DNA from: a virus
Virus record (IMG/VR): IMGVR_UViG_3300033141_003979
Span: 1-64,000 of that record
Length of the DNA stretch: 64,000 nt
Strand: one strand, 5' to 3'
This document shows, in pieces, positions 9,564 through 18,385 of the stretch. A program made the position numbers and the translations under genes. Position 1 is the stretch's first letter. Each line of letters begins with the position of its first letter. A model generated the notes under the pieces. It was not told the DNA's origin. It saw only the letters and a program-made list of their open reading frames with translations, and ran no database searches.

Positions 9564-10553
9564 ATGAACTTCGAGTCTAAACTATTCTGGCAAGGCCGAG
9601 AAGTATTGATTTCCGGTGGCACTGGCAGTCTTGGGAAGGCAATTACAAACTTGCTTATCCAAGAAGAATATCCAATCAAAGGATTGCGCATCTTCAGCCG
9701 TGACGAACTGAAGCAATATCAAATGAGGCAAAGCCTCAAAGCCCCATTCCCAGTGGCTTTCCTGATTGGAGATATCCGCAATCGTAAACGGTTGACCAGG
9801 GCTATGGAAGGGGTCGATACATGCATTCATGCCGCAGCATTAAAACAAGTAGACACATCTGAAAGCAATCCGTGGGAATTTATTGAAACCAACATTATAG
9901 GCACACAAAATGTTCTCGATGCCTGCCTGGATTGCAAGGTTGCCAGAGCAATGTTGATAAGCACTGACAAGGCCTCTTATCCCATTAATCTATACGGCAT
10001 GACCAAAGGATGTGCTGAACGGATCTTTGTGCATGGCAATATTTATTCCGGTGGTAGAATTCCAATATTTGGTGCTTGTAGATATGGGAATGTTCTCGGT
10101 TCACGAGGGTCTGTTATCCAAGTATTTCAGGAACAAGCCCTCAATGGGCAAATAATAACCATCACCGACAGTCAAATGACTAGATTCTGGATTACTATGA
10201 AAGATGTAGCCCGCTTCATTCTTCAATCAATCGAAATCATGCAAGCAGGAGAAATATATATCCCAAAAATGCCGAGCATGAAGATCGTAGATCTAGCAAA
10301 AACTATCATTGCAGAAACAGGCACAATGGGAAAATCGAAAATTGAAGAAATTGGTGTCAGACCAGGAGAGAAATTGCATGAGACATTGGTAACCAAAGAA
10401 GAAAGCTACAAATGTGATGTCCAGGATACCTATTATTTAATCCATCCAGTCAGAGAGTGCCCACCGGAGACGGTCAGGGCTTTATTCTCATATACAAGTG
10501 ATAACAATGATTGGTGGTTAACGAAGAAAGAGTTATGGGAAATGATAAAATGA
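9564..10553 (+). CDS. UDP-GlcNAc 4,6-dehydratase (PseB/FlaA1-like)
   Basis: ISGGTGSLG, FSRDELKQ, HAAALKQV, STDKA, PINLYGMTK, RYGNVLGSRGSV, MTRFW, RPGEKLHE. Confidence 0.93.
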   Translation: MNFESKLFWQGREVLISGGTGSLGKAITNLLIQEEYPIKGLRIFSRDELKQYQMRQSLKAPFPVAFLIGDIRNRKRLTRAMEGVDTCIHAAALKQVDTSESNPWEFIETNIIGTQNVLDACLDCKVARAMLISTDKASYPINLYGMTKGCAERIFVHGNIYSGGRIPIFGACRYGNVLGSRGSVIQVFQEQALNGQIITITDSQMTRFWITMKDVARFILQSIEIMQAGEIYIPKMPSMKIVDLAKTIIAETGTMGKSKIEEIGVRPGEKLHETLVTKEESYKCDVQDTYYLIHPVRECPPETVRALFSYTSDNNDWWLTKKELWEMIK

Positions 10554-11176
10554 CATCAGCAATGTATGAAACTAAACGGCTTATTCTTGAACCATTTAGC
10601 AGGAAACATCTTGAAGGGCCTTATCGTTCATGGTTCCATGATCCTGAAGTAACAAAATACAATTCCCATGGCCTCTTCCCATATACGATTGCCAAGATGG
10701 AAGCTTTTCTTGCATCAATTGAGGCAGGTAATATGATTGTAATGGCAGTAATGGCAAAATCAAAAAAATCAACTATAGAAATTCAAAATTCAAAAATTTC
10801 TTCTGATTGTGACCAAGGATTCAATTACATTTTTTCTGAAACAAACTTAATTCACATCGGCAACATCTCCCTTCAATCTATCAACTGGATTAACCGCAGT
10901 GCCGAGTACGCAGTAATTGTGGGAGATAAATCCTACTGGGGCAAAGGCTATGCCACAGAGGCAAGCCTGCTGTTGTTTGAGCACGGCTTTAAACGATTAA
11001 ATTTACATAAAATTTGGACTGGAACAGCAAAGACAAATATTGGAATGCAGCATGTAGCAAAAAAATTAGGAATGCAGTGGGAAGGAATGTTTCGAGAAGC
11101 AATGTTTTTAAACGGTCAATATGTAGATATTCTTACATATGGGATCTTAAAAAAAGAATTTAATCAAATTTCTTGA
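10550..11176 (+). CDS. GNAT N-acetyltransferase (PseH/RimJ-like)
   Basis: Probable start 10550 (ATGA overlap). HIGNISL..INWINRSAE, YWGKGYATEA, LNLHKI. Confidence 0.85.
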   Translation: MTSAMYETKRLILEPFSRKHLEGPYRSWFHDPEVTKYNSHGLFPYTIAKMEAFLASIEAGNMIVMAVMAKSKKSTIEIQNSKISSDCDQGFNYIFSETNLIHIGNISLQSINWINRSAEYAVIVGDKSYWGKGYATEASLLLFEHGFKRLNLHKIWTGTAKTNIGMQHVAKKLGMQWEGMFREAMFLNGQYVDILTYGILKKEFNQIS

Positions 11177-11201
11177 CTTTTCCAAAAAAAAATAATATAA
11201 T
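11173..11201 (+). promoter_or_regulatory. Sigma70-type promoter
   Basis: TTGACT (11173-11178), 17 bp spacer, TATAAT (11196-11201). Confidence 0.8.
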
Positions 11202-11207
11202 TATGAT

Positions 11208-11310
11208 GAATAGTATAGCAACGATCCAAAATTTAGAGCCTGAGAGTTTTCATGTCGTGAGGCATGGAAGCGTTGTTGCTAACGCTATTCACTCTCGGGC
11301 TTTTCTTTTT
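11208..11310 (+). ncRNA. C4-antisense-like three-stem structured RNA, copy 2
   Basis: Closing stem 11237-11247/11291-11301, GTGA (GNRA) hairpin 11248-11269, hairpin 11270-11285, then a U-run. Leader 11208-11225 is complementary to 11272-11290. Confidence 0.75.
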
Positions 11311-11322
11311 GGGGAGATTGGC

Positions 11323-12219
11323 ATGAGATTCAAAAGACGGAATCTACCACTATGTGAATGTGGATGTGGATATGAAGTTAAATGGTGTCAGACAAGAAAA
11401 CAATGGAATCCATTTATTAATGGACATCAAAATAGAGGCAAAAATAATTCACAATATAGCAAGACTGGCAAATTGAGTGCTGTTTATGGCAAAGACAAAT
11501 ATGCAGAAGAAAAAGCAAAATCTAAACCACTATGTAAATGTGGATGTAAAAATAAGACTAAATGGTGCAAATCAAGAAAGAAATTTAATGAATATATCAA
11601 TGGTCATTACATTTGTATTAATAATCCAATGAATAATCCAAAATCAGTAGCGAAATTAACTGGAAAAAATAGTTGTAATTATGGGAAAACAGGCAAAAAT
11701 CACCCTGCTTATGGATCTCAAAAATCTGAAGCAAAAAGAAAGAAAACATCAAAAACATTAATAGGAAATCAGAATAGCAAAGGGACTAGAAGGAATAAAG
11801 AATTTTGTGAAAACCAAAGAAAAATAATGTTAAATGGAGGGGCAAAACATGCCAATTCGTTTAAGACACCAGAAAGTTATAAAGCCCATACAGAATATAT
11901 GCTTAATGGTGGGGCTGCATATTTAAATTCACTTATTAAATCGCCCTCTAAACCACAAGTAGAATTGTTTGAACTAATCAAACAACTATTTCCAAATGCA
12001 ATTCTTAACCATCCATCATTGAATCGTTCTATTGACATAGCAATTCCTGACAAAATGATTGCAATTGAATATGATGGATCATACTGGCATCAAGATCAAA
12101 AAGCAGATGATAAAAGGCAGAAAGAATTAGAGTCACTTGGATGGAAGTTTCTGAGATACTGTGATTATGTCCCTACTATTGATGAATTAGAAAGGGATTT
12201 AAAAGGAGCAGAAAGATGA
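11323..12219 (+). CDS. Free-standing endonuclease with CxCGC repeats, NUMOD3-like motifs and a DUF559/Vsr-like domain
   Basis: Probable start ATG 11323 behind GGGGAG. CECGCG and CKCGC; C-terminus highly similar to 864-1253. Confidence 0.82.
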   Translation: MRFKRRNLPLCECGCGYEVKWCQTRKQWNPFINGHQNRGKNNSQYSKTGKLSAVYGKDKYAEEKAKSKPLCKCGCKNKTKWCKSRKKFNEYINGHYICINNPMNNPKSVAKLTGKNSCNYGKTGKNHPAYGSQKSEAKRKKTSKTLIGNQNSKGTRRNKEFCENQRKIMLNGGAKHANSFKTPESYKAHTEYMLNGGAAYLNSLIKSPSKPQVELFELIKQLFPNAILNHPSLNRSIDIAIPDKMIAIEYDGSYWHQDQKADDKRQKELESLGWKFLRYCDYVPTIDELERDLKGAER

Positions 12220-12449
12220 AAAAGAGCAAAGCAGAAAAATTCTCTCCTTCAGATATAAAACAAGCAACTGATATGACTATAATTAACAAGATCCAATTCA
12301 TTCGTACCAAAAACAACCAAGCTTGGATGGATATCCTGCGATGTGCTATGTCGAATGCCCCAGAAGAAACAAAGGTGATAATGGCCGCCATTGCAAAAAA
12401 CGATGCAGAAATTACAGAACTGACAAAGGAATTAGCAGATGCCTTGTGA
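12216..12449 (+). CDS. Hypothetical protein
   Basis: ATGA overlap, AGGAG RBS; conserved-looking IRTKNNQAWMDILR segment. Confidence 0.65.
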   Translation: MKKSKAEKFSPSDIKQATDMTIINKIQFIRTKNNQAWMDILRCAMSNAPEETKVIMAAIAKNDAEITELTKELADAL

Positions 12450-12636
12450 ACACAAAAATACGTACTATGAAGATTGGCCTAACGGCAGATGCATTGAAAT
12501 CTGCCTTGATTACAGTATGTCTCGTCATCACTGGGAACAGGGGCAATCTGAGTGGGTAATAGTTAAAGATATTGCAGGAGCAAAAGAGCGAGTGCAGGAG
12601 TCTATCAATGAAATGAGAGACGTAGTATGTTTTTAG
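12439..12636 (+). CDS. Hypothetical protein
   Basis: Overlapping small ORF in operon orientation. Confidence 0.5.
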   Translation: MPCEHKNTYYEDWPNGRCIEICLDYSMSRHHWEQGQSEWVIVKDIAGAKERVQESINEMRDVVCF

Positions 12637-12643
12637 AAAGATA

Positions 12644-12814
12644 ATGGCCAAACTAGTCAAAGGGTATAAGTGCCCAAAGTGTGGAGGGCAGATTCGAGAA
12701 GATGAAAAAATGCAGAATAGGTATTTTTGTACCAATGCCGGAGATGCGTATGGTAAAGGTGTATGTATATTTGAAACTTATCGTAGAAGCGATTTAGTGA
12801 AGGAGGAGGAATGA
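12644..12814 (+). CDS. Small zinc-ribbon protein (56 aa), not in the ORF track
   Basis: MAKLVKGYKCPKCGG...YFC...VCIF. Confidence 0.5.
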   Translation: MAKLVKGYKCPKCGGQIREDEKMQNRYFCTNAGDAYGKGVCIFETYRRSDLVKEEE

Positions 12815-12888
12815 AACTTAAACCTGTTTATAAGATTTACATCTCTATAAATATGTTCATGAATTAGCAGAGTTATTGAGAGGAAAAA

Positions 12889-14271
12889 ATGAAAAAGAAG
12901 AACAAAACGCTGGCTAAAAATCTCAATGCATTCAAAAAAATCAATCCCCCCATGCATGGTTGGCTGATGGAACAGAAAGGGGTTAATTGGATCGATGAGA
13001 TTCGCAGCAAAAATGGGGACAAGAATTTCCTCATCCAAGAAGGCAGCAAAATCCAGCCAGCCTACAATATGAACAACCCAACAAAGCAAGCCAACAAAGG
13101 CACCAAGAACATGAGGTTGCACAAGGAAAACATTTCAATAATTGTTGGCTTTGGCCTTGGTTATCTTGCTAAAGCTATCTTAGACAAGATGGAAAAAGGA
13201 CACCATGTCCTTGTAATTGAGCCAGTAGGAGATGTAATAAAATTAGCCCTCGGCAATATTGATTTTTCCAAGGCAATCTCTAATGGAGACTTATTGATAA
13301 TTGCCCCAGGCAAACAGGAAGTTATTTTTGCTCTCCATTTTATGAGCAATCAATTCGTGATCTCAGACTGGTTCATGACGATAGACAAATATACAAACCT
13401 CAAGCCAGATGTCTACAAAGAGTTAACCGGACTTACTGCCGATATCATTAACCAGGTCATGTGCAATACAGGCACAATAGCTGGTGCCGCAGGCGGCAAG
13501 ATCGCTGACAATGACATTGCCTGCCTGCCCTATGTCATAAGGCACAGGGGTGTTGCAGAATTGAAGGACCTATACAAAGACAAACCTGCTATTCTTGTAA
13601 GTACAGGCCCATCATTGGCCAAAAACATCCACCATCTAATCGACTTAGAGGACAAGACAGTGATCATTGCAGTCGGTCAAGCATTGAGACCTCTGCTTGC
13701 CTATGGAATCCGTCCGGACTTCATCTGCACCGTAGATTTTGGAGAAGTCAATTACTGCCATTTCAAAGGGCTCATGGACAGCAACATTCCCTTAGTAACA
13801 ATCAATAGGGCTTATGCCCCATTGCTCAAGGCTTGGCAGGGACCAAAATTCATCGCAGCAACACCAGTGCCCGGCTTTGAGCACATGGCCACTGGCATAT
13901 TATCAGATAAAGGATTCCTTGAGGCCGGAGGCAGTGTGGCACATTTGGTATTCGGGTTGGCTCAACGACTTGGCTGCAATCCAATAGTCTTCGTGGGCCA
14001 GGATCTTGCTCTCGGAGAGACTTCTCATATCCCTCTGGCCGATGCCGCAGGAGAGGTGAAGATTGATGAAAGCGGGCAAATCCATTGGGAAGTGAAGGAT
14101 CACAGATGTCATCTTCATAAGAAAGATCAAACTTATTTAATGGGGCCTATTGCACAAGTACCAGGCTATTTCGGGAAGCCAGTTATGACGAATATGGGAT
14201 TAGCCAGCTTCTTATCGGTATTTGAGGCAATGGTTGAAGGGCATTTGAGGAGGAATGATGAAACGAATTAA
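12889..14271 (+). CDS. Maf (motility-associated factor, DUF115) protein glycosyltransferase, N-terminal part
   Basis: VGFGLGY, AILVSTGPSLAKNI, GIRPDFICTVD, GGSVAH, LGCNPIVFVGQDLA. Ends before the INATEGG motif. Confidence 0.88.
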   Translation: MKKKNKTLAKNLNAFKKINPPMHGWLMEQKGVNWIDEIRSKNGDKNFLIQEGSKIQPAYNMNNPTKQANKGTKNMRLHKENISIIVGFGLGYLAKAILDKMEKGHHVLVIEPVGDVIKLALGNIDFSKAISNGDLLIIAPGKQEVIFALHFMSNQFVISDWFMTIDKYTNLKPDVYKELTGLTADIINQVMCNTGTIAGAAGGKIADNDIACLPYVIRHRGVAELKDLYKDKPAILVSTGPSLAKNIHHLIDLEDKTVIIAVGQALRPLLAYGIRPDFICTVDFGEVNYCHFKGLMDSNIPLVTINRAYAPLLKAWQGPKFIAATPVPGFEHMATGILSDKGFLEAGGSVAHLVFGLAQRLGCNPIVFVGQDLALGETSHIPLADAAGEVKIDESGQIHWEVKDHRCHLHKKDQTYLMGPIAQVPGYFGKPVMTNMGLASFLSVFEAMVEGHLRRNDETN

Positions 14272-14620
14272 CTGTATCTATTATTTATATGAAAAATGTC
14301 TTCATCCAAAACAAAAGAAAAGACTTTGGTTTTTCCATCCAACATGTTATGTACCTTGCTGCACTCTTCAGAAGCCGTATGCAAAACCACCTAGATGCCC
14401 TCCCCCACCACCTCCCGCCCCGAAAATCCCAATGTGTAAGATAGTAACTCATCTAATTTTGCCCAATGAACCCTACCAAATCTTCGTCTGCCCTAAATGT
14501 GATGGAGAAAAAGAAGATAAAGACGCCGTCCCAAGTCCGATGGCAGACGGAGGAAATTACTATGGGCCTTGCCGCCTATGTGATGGGAAGGGATATATAA
14601 AGGAGAAGGTGGAGAAATGA
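14258..14620 (+). CDS. Cys/Pro-rich zinc-binding hypothetical protein inserted in maf
   Basis: CPKCDG...CRLCDGKG (DnaJ-type zinc motif), poly-Pro tract, GAGGAGG RBS. Confidence 0.6.
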   Translation: MKRINCIYYLYEKCLHPKQKKRLWFFHPTCYVPCCTLQKPYAKPPRCPPPPPPAPKIPMCKIVTHLILPNEPYQIFVCPKCDGEKEDKDAVPSPMADGGNYYGPCRLCDGKGYIKEKVEK

Positions 14621-14700
14621 AATCTAGCTTAATAGGTCTTGTTATTAGTATGCTTATGGGATTAGCAATTATTGTATTTAGCTGGTTAAAGGGAGAATAA
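14617..14700 (+). CDS. 27-aa hydrophobic peptide
   Basis: MKSSLIGLVISMLMGLAIIVFSWLKGE; ATGA overlap, GGAG RBS. Confidence 0.4.
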   Translation: MKSSLIGLVISMLMGLAIIVFSWLKGE

Positions 14701-14701
14701 T

Positions 14702-16174
14702 ATGCAGCGAGTAATTATTAACGCAACGGAAGGTGGGGCTCATATCAAAGGCACAGACCGGATGCCTCTCAAGAAAGTAATTAACAAATACTGCCAAAAA
14801 CCCATCAACAAATCGAAGGTCAAAAAGCTTCTCTCTTTGGCCAAAAATGGAGACGAACTGATTACCAAAGTTATCCCTCTGCTTGAAGATGATATCAAAG
14901 TACTAGATGAAATCTCTACCAGCAGCCGCAGAGGCCTTGCCGCTTGCCGAGGGCTCAAAACCTTAATGAGTAGATCCAATTACAGAGGTCTGCTTTCCAG
15001 AAAGAAGGAAAAGCAACTTGATTGGATGCTCAATAAAGCCAGGCAAAAGGGAGGGAAGGACTTCATAAAAACAAACCAGATATTCTATGCAAAGGCAATT
15101 GCTTCGGTCAAAAAATCTAAGCTCAAGAATGTGTTCATCTTATCTAATAAGAACTTCAAACACTCGGCTACTGCCCAGTTAGCAGCAACCAAAAACCCAC
15201 TAGTTAACGTGGCAATCTACGGTGCCAGCCGAGAGATCCAGGGTCGGCGGTTGAAAGTAAAAGAGACATTAGCACATTTCCTACGAAACAACAAAGATGC
15301 ATTGACCCGCGTAGAGCGGAATGAGCTAATTCTCAAGACGGCAAGGCGAGCATCAGAATCATTGAGGAAATCATACAAAGAAACATTAGAGTTGTTGAAG
15401 AAATATGACGGGACAAAAGACAGTAGTCTGCTGGTATCAAACGAAGTTGAGCCAATAAATCTCGACGACTCAGAAGAGTATTTTGCCGCAGGCAATTGGG
15501 CACATCCGTTGTTAGATGCAAGTAAAATTATTAAAAAAGATCCAACTGATAGAAAGGCTAATGAAATTTTAGCAAAAACATTATCAATGAGGGCACAAGC
15601 TAAAAATAAAGCCCGAAATAATGAAGTCAAAAATGCAGACAGAGAAACCCGATTGCTCCAATACAACAAACTACTCAAAGAGAGTAAGGAAATAGGCCGG
15701 AAAGAAAACAAGTTTGACGAGGCACTAACGATGCTGAAGAAGGCAGCCAAATTGATGCCGGAAGAGGAAGAGGCCCGCTGGGGAGTTGCTACTGCCTTGC
15801 ATCATGCTGGGAAGATTAAAGAGTCCTTGAAAGAATATGAAAAGTTAATCAAGGATTTTCAAGACAATTATATGTACCTCCTTGAATACGGGCAGGTGCT
15901 CCTGCGCAATAAGAAAACTCAGGAAGGCCTCAAAATAATCGGTGAGGTAATGGCAAAGACCGATGAATTTGATTACTTCCTAGCTCGACTAGGCGAGATA
16001 TATGAGCACTCTGATATGATGGAAGAAGCCTTGACAGCATACAATTCATATCTAGAAAAATTCCCATTCAACTATCAGATTTGGGTCCGAAAAGGAAATT
16101 GTCTAACTGCACTAGGTAGAAACACAATGGCAGATTGGGCATTCCGAAAGGCAAGAGAAATCAGACCGGATTAA
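14702..16174 (+). CDS. Maf C-terminal part (INATEGG motif and helical region) fused to TPR repeats
   Basis: Starts MQRVIINATEGGAHIKG, the conserved distal Maf motif. C-terminal TPR-like repeats. Confidence 0.82.
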   Translation: MQRVIINATEGGAHIKGTDRMPLKKVINKYCQKPINKSKVKKLLSLAKNGDELITKVIPLLEDDIKVLDEISTSSRRGLAACRGLKTLMSRSNYRGLLSRKKEKQLDWMLNKARQKGGKDFIKTNQIFYAKAIASVKKSKLKNVFILSNKNFKHSATAQLAATKNPLVNVAIYGASREIQGRRLKVKETLAHFLRNNKDALTRVERNELILKTARRASESLRKSYKETLELLKKYDGTKDSSLLVSNEVEPINLDDSEEYFAAGNWAHPLLDASKIIKKDPTDRKANEILAKTLSMRAQAKNKARNNEVKNADRETRLLQYNKLLKESKEIGRKENKFDEALTMLKKAAKLMPEEEEARWGVATALHHAGKIKESLKEYEKLIKDFQDNYMYLLEYGQVLLRNKKTQEGLKIIGEVMAKTDEFDYFLARLGEIYEHSDMMEEALTAYNSYLEKFPFNYQIWVRKGNCLTALGRNTMADWAFRKAREIRPD

Positions 16175-16519
16175 TCAAATCTTGGCCAGACCAGACTTGC
16201 CCGGCCATTCTATATCGTCTACCTTTGAGAAATCCTGTGGGACATCCCTAAGCTTCTGGCGATATACTTTCCAAGCACTTTTTTCTCCTGCCGTTAATGG
16301 GGCATCTGGTAATACTGTCCAATCAGTGGATTGCAATATCAAATTTCGCTCTTGCCTTTTAGCAATCCACGGATCAAGAATATCCATAGATAGTGGAGTA
16401 TTGCCCTCAGCCATCCATGCAAGGTATTTGCGACCCTCTCGATTCTCTTTAATAGGTGGAAAAATTTGCATAGTAGTCAAATCTTGAATGCTACCCTGTT
16501 TATTATGTATTTTATACAT
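16175..16519 (-). CDS. Tail fibre assembly chaperone
   Basis: YLAWMAEGNTP; RNLILQSTDWTVLPDAPL..W..YRQKLRDVPQ..IEWP. Confidence 0.85.
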   Translation of the reverse strand: MYKIHNKQGSIQDLTTMQIFPPIKENREGRKYLAWMAEGNTPLSMDILDPWIAKRQERNLILQSTDWTVLPDAPLTAGEKSAWKVYRQKLRDVPQDFSKVDDIEWPGKSGLAKI

Positions 16520-16528
16520 ATTTTTCTC

Positions 16529-17758
16529 CTATAACTCAGATTCTGCTGTCCATAGAAAAACAATATACCTGTCTGTAGCGGCGACCCCGTTGGTGCCGCC
16601 GCCTATAAAATTTCGAGTTCCTTCTGCTCCTGCTGTTCCTGCGAGCCCATCCCCTGCTTTCATCCTCACTTTTCCAGCCGTACCAGCTTCATCATATAAA
16701 ATTATACTTGGGGTACTTCTCATGTCAACAGGAAAGCCTACACTTAGCTCCATAGTATGATCTGCATCGGCAAGAGCGGTAATACGGGTGGTTTCCGTAG
16801 AGACAGCCGTTGCTGTTCCAGGAGCAATGGCTTGGTTAAAGCCTTTGCTAAAATATCTTTGACACAATGCCAATTCATTCCCTATTGATCGCATCCCATA
16901 AACAGATGCTTCAGGATTCTTCTCAAGTTGAATATTTGTAATATAGAGGAAATGACCGGTAGTAGTATCTGTCACATCCGACCAAATAAATACCCCAATA
17001 TTCTTAGCTCCTACCGTATCAATAGCAATATTATTGATAATATATTTTGCCCATACCGCAGTCACCCCTAAGTTAGTCGATACATTTTCAGCAGTCCAAT
17101 TAGCCTCCAATGTTGGAGTAACACCCTCACCATTCCAAGCAGAAATGATATCGCTTGTAACAGTATCCGCTGCTCCATCCCACGATATAACCATCGCCTT
17201 GATATTATCCAATTTAGCAACGCTCGATACTTTTGCCTGAAATGATAACGAAACTGTATCCCCTATCATATGGACACAATTTTGTTGCTCAATTACTTGA
17301 AGTATACCAAATTTCTTGTTGGCTGTTTCAACATCTAAGGCACAAGATAATAATGCCCCCGTTGGAGCTTCTGTGCCCTGTGACACATCAACAATATCAT
17401 TACCATCAGAAAGCAAAAGCCAACGATCAAGCAAATATGTATCATCGTCATTTATAGGAGTTGTAGCAGCAGTAAAAGCCGCACTCCCACTTGCTCCCCT
17501 CTGCCCAATCCGCATATCACCATTGATAATGGCATTTTTACCGGTCAAAGAATCAGGTTCAATAAATAATGCCCGCATCGCAGCCAGTAGTTGGTCTCTT
17601 GTTTCTGTTGCTGCTGTCTTGAGTGTTAACCCTGCCCCCTCAACCACCCCAGCAATCTCCTCCTGAAGGGCATTCAGGAAATTTTCTTCAACAGTTGTCC
17701 CTGGTGGTCCATCTACGAATAAATTTGCGGCATTATTTGTCCCTTCTGTTCGATGCAT
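16529..17758 (-). CDS. Tail fibre protein
   Basis: Mu-like fibre N-terminus (FLNALQEEIAGVVEGAGL), KNAIINGDMRIGQRG, ELALCQRYF. Confidence 0.85.
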   Translation of the reverse strand: MHRTEGTNNAANLFVDGPPGTTVEENFLNALQEEIAGVVEGAGLTLKTAATETRDQLLAAMRALFIEPDSLTGKNAIINGDMRIGQRGASGSAAFTAATTPINDDDTYLLDRWLLLSDGNDIVDVSQGTEAPTGALLSCALDVETANKKFGILQVIEQQNCVHMIGDTVSLSFQAKVSSVAKLDNIKAMVISWDGAADTVTSDIISAWNGEGVTPTLEANWTAENVSTNLGVTAVWAKYIINNIAIDTVGAKNIGVFIWSDVTDTTTGHFLYITNIQLEKNPEASVYGMRSIGNELALCQRYFSKGFNQAIAPGTATAVSTETTRITALADADHTMELSVGFPVDMRSTPSIILYDEAGTAGKVRMKAGDGLAGTAGAEGTRNFIGGGTNGVAATDRYIVFLWTAESEL

Positions 17759-17773
17759 TAGTCTCCCTCCTTT

Positions 17774-18367
17774 TTAAGCGACTACTGTCACTCCCCATCC
17801 CAATGAAGGATCAAATCGCCAAATGTTAGTATCGTTCTCAAGACAAGTGCTCTGTTCTGGTTCAACAAAACCAACAACCATATTGCTTGTTTGAGACGTA
17901 GTGGTTATACTCCCTGGTGAATCACTATACAAATAAACTGGCCATCCAACTCTATCATCAGCAAATGAGGTACTAAAAGCAGAATGATAAACAAGCCCCT
18001 CCCTGAGCACATTGCCGAAAGTGCTTATCACATAATCTGCTCCAGCAACCCCTAATGTTACCGGCCTTTCAGAATTTGACCCAATTACAGCGCTCCATAA
18101 TGTCCACTGCCCCGATGGGCCTCTTTCAAGAACATTACCGAAAGAACATGCCTCAGAAATTAACTGAGAATAATCAATCCATCCTTTGATTCCCTCTGAA
18201 GTTAGTCTTTGGGCATCAGGTTGCTTCCAAAAGTCCCCTGGATTAACAAATTCCGCCTCCATGATTGTAACAATCATGTCCCTTGCGTCCTGGCAGGATA
18301 CTTGCCCTGTTACATTGTCTGCAAACAAAGCTAATATTGCCGCCCTTGTTCTCTGTGTGTCTGCCAT
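17774..18367 (-). CDS. Hypothetical virion protein
   Basis: Lies between the baseplate and fibre genes; GGAGG RBS. Confidence 0.65.
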   Translation of the reverse strand: MADTQRTRAAILALFADNVTGQVSCQDARDMIVTIMEAEFVNPGDFWKQPDAQRLTSEGIKGWIDYSQLISEACSFGNVLERGPSGQWTLWSAVIGSNSERPVTLGVAGADYVISTFGNVLREGLVYHSAFSTSFADDRVGWPVYLYSDSPGSITTTSQTSNMVVGFVEPEQSTCLENDTNIWRFDPSLGWGVTVVA

Positions 18368-18385
18368 TGTAGTCCCTCCCTTTTA

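Noticed and set aside
14231-14693. Imperfect direct repeat TGGTT(G/A)AAGGG flanking the insert in maf, as an excision site
   Set aside because: Only 11 nt with a mismatch, and excision between the copies does not restore the maf reading frame.
16529-17758. Diversity-generating retroelement or invertible tail-fibre cassette
   Set aside because: No reverse transcriptase, invertase, template repeat or inverted fibre copy seen in the window.
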